Shown piece by piece: positions 46,685-48,066 of a DNA stretch of 48,066 bases. The notes below the pieces were generated by a model that had not been told where the DNA came from, made no database searches, and saw only the letters and a list, made by a program, of their open reading frames with translations. This stretch comes from a virus (Duplodnaviria > Caudoviricetes), in IMG/VR virus record IMGVR_UViG_3300031857_000325, positions 1 through 48,066 of that record, one strand, 5' to 3'. Position 1 is the stretch's first letter; each line of letters begins with the position of its first letter. A program made the translations under genes and the position numbers.

Positions 46685-46981
46685 ATGCCAATAGTAAGTA
46701 CAAACCCAATAGAAGTAGATGGTAAAATCTATCCAAATTTCTTAATCAACCTATCAATGTCTCCATTATTAGGAAATGATAAGGTGGGACAAAGTGTTGC
46801 TTTACGTTTAACTCCTGAAAGAGTTGAAGATGGTGTTTCATATCAATTACAAGAAGAAGCAAAACACATACACATTCTAGATGTTTATAAAAACATTGAG
46901 AATGGAGATGAAGATTTACAGAAAGCTGTAACAAAAATAAGTGAAGCATTACAAGAATTCATAATAGCTAAAGGATTATAA
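46685..46981 (+). CDS. Hypothetical protein
   Basis: 98 aa, co-oriented, A-rich start context; lies directly before the spike gene. Confidence 0.6.
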   Translation: MPIVSTNPIEVDGKIYPNFLINLSMSPLLGNDKVGQSVALRLTPERVEDGVSYQLQEEAKHIHILDVYKNIENGDEDLQKAVTKISEALQEFIIAKGL

Positions 46982-46984
46982 CAA

Positions 46985-48066
46985 ATGGCTAATTATAGAG
47001 CGATAGCAAATGGTAATTGGAGCAGTTTAGCAATATGGGAAGATGATTCTTTAGGATACTTCTCTACATCTTCTGTATTACCTACAACTGCTGATAATGT
47101 TTACGCAAATAACTTCACTGTTACTATTGACGGAACAAGAAATGCCTTTACAATAAGAAACACTGCTTTTACACCTCCTACTAATTTAGGTGCAATGTCT
47201 ATTCCAGAAATGACAAGTAATACTACACCAAGTGGTGCTGCTATTGCAAGTAGTGTAGGTGGTGGGGCTAATTTTAATCAAATTTGGTTTGCTTACGATA
47301 GATTAACAACAAGAGGGTGGCAATCAAGTGTTGCTAACACAGGTTGGTTAGGATATAATTTTCCAACAGGAAAAATAATAAAAAGATATGGATTTTTTAG
47401 TTTTTCTACTAATTCTTCGAATCCAAGAACTTGGACTTTTGAAGGAAGTAATGATGGTTCAACTTGGACAACATTAGATACACAAACAAATTTTGTTACA
47501 GGAGTTTCTACTTTTTATTCTTTTGATATTTCTGCGAATACAACATCATACACATATTATAGAATTAATATTACTGCGGTTCAAACATTAGGACTACAAC
47601 CTGCAATAGTAGAACTTGAAATGTCAGAGGTTACAAACCTATACGGAAGCATTGTTGCAGGTGGTGGTTTTACCTTTGCTAATGGTGGTAATTTAACTTG
47701 TTCTGCTCCTACTAATAGTGTTTTTAATAGAGCGGTTGCAAATGTTTATTGCTTAACCTTTGATTTACCAAGTGGACAAAGTGCTACGTTTAATGGAAGT
47801 GCTAATAGTCCAGGTTCAATAGATAATGGTAAATCTATTTTAGTTCAAAATACAGGAACTTTTAATATTGTTGGTAATTATGGATTGACTAATGGAGCTC
47901 AACTTGGTAGAAATACAATATTAGTAAATGGCTCTACTACAATTAATATAATAGGAAATATAACAAGCTCTCAATCAAGTGTGGTAAATGCAATTTATAC
48001 CTTATTTGTAAGTGGTGGAAATCCAATTATAAGCATAACAGGAAATGTAAGTGGAGGTAATACAGG
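46985..48066 (+). CDS. 3'-truncated tail spike/receptor-binding protein with discoidin (F5/8 type C)-like domain; absent from the ORF track
   Basis: Open from the ATG at 46985 to the window end. MANYRAIANGNWSS..W...LPTTADNVYANNFTVTID, then GWLGYNF...PRTWTFEGSNDGSTWTTLDT...YTYYRINIT, then Gly/Asn/Thr 'I.I.GN' beta-solenoid-like repeats. Confidence 0.8.
   Translation, partial: MANYRAIANGNWSSLAIWEDDSLGYFSTSSVLPTTADNVYANNFTVTIDGTRNAFTIRNTAFTPPTNLGAMSIPEMTSNTTPSGAAIASSVGGGANFNQIWFAYDRLTTRGWQSSVANTGWLGYNFPTGKIIKRYGFFSFSTNSSNPRTWTFEGSNDGSTWTTLDTQTNFVTGVSTFYSFDISANTTSYTYYRINITAVQTLGLQPAIVELEMSEVTNLYGSIVAGGGFTFANGGNLTCSAPTNSVFNRAVANVYCLTFDLPSGQSATFNGSANSPGSIDNGKSILVQNTGTFNIVGNYGLTNGAQLGRNTILVNGSTTINIIGNITSSQSSVVNAIYTLFVSGGNPIISITGNVSGGNT

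Larger units (their letters stand above)
1..48066 (+). mobile_element. Bacteriophage genome segment (crAss-like/phi14:2-related podovirus; tail, ejection and lysis modules)
   Basis: Co-oriented, tightly packed ORFs with TAATG/ATGA overlaps; giant ORF with DFDID RNAP motif; HU/IHF-like gene next to tail genes; holin-like genes plus an M15 endolysin; no host housekeeping genes or integrase seen. Confidence 0.9.

Noticed and set aside
3481-46949. Short minus-strand and alternate-frame ORFs in the track (e.g. 11924..12346, 31548..31991, 45170..45502, 6668..6865, 45590..45799)
   Set aside because: All lie within or across longer + strand genes, show antisense-like composition and have no recognisable motifs.
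1-48066. Stop-codon reassignment, as known in some crAss-like phages
   Set aside because: ORFs of up to 14 kb are uninterrupted in the standard code and coding density is near complete; TGA serves as a stop at 46388.
1-48066. CRISPR array, tRNA/rRNA genes, introns, inteins or DGR
   Set aside because: Intergenic gaps are under ~180 nt; I saw no spaced repeats, cloverleafs, intein termini, reverse transcriptase or TR/VR pair by eye. Not excluded computationally.

Overview
The window is an AT-rich, gene-dense stretch with all credible genes on the + strand. It reads as the virion, ejection and lysis arm of a podovirus resembling crAss-like phages and their Bacteroidota-infecting relatives (phi14:2 type). 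Gene order: Cys/Thr-rich fibre and decoration genes (1-3232); terminator and promoter; metallophosphoesterase; ring, HU/IHF-like, tubular and stabilisation (muzzle) tail genes; five large putative ejection proteins, including a 4694-aa virion RNA polymerase with a DFDID motif; a lysis cassette; small ORFs; and a 3'-truncated spike gene. TAnnTTTG-type promoters and A-rich starts without clear Shine-Dalgarno sites point to a Bacteroidota host. Main leads: (1) a chemoreceptor-type PAS domain fused to a coiled coil and two TM helices inside the holin-endolysin cassette, a candidate signal-responsive lysis regulator; (2) NADAR and macro-like (A1S_2505-type) domains in the RNAP polyprotein, each flanked by short direct repeats, with ART-like domains in two other putative ejection proteins; (3) a palindromic element centred exactly 61 bp upstream of two promoters. 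All family calls are by-eye motif recognition; no database searches were run.
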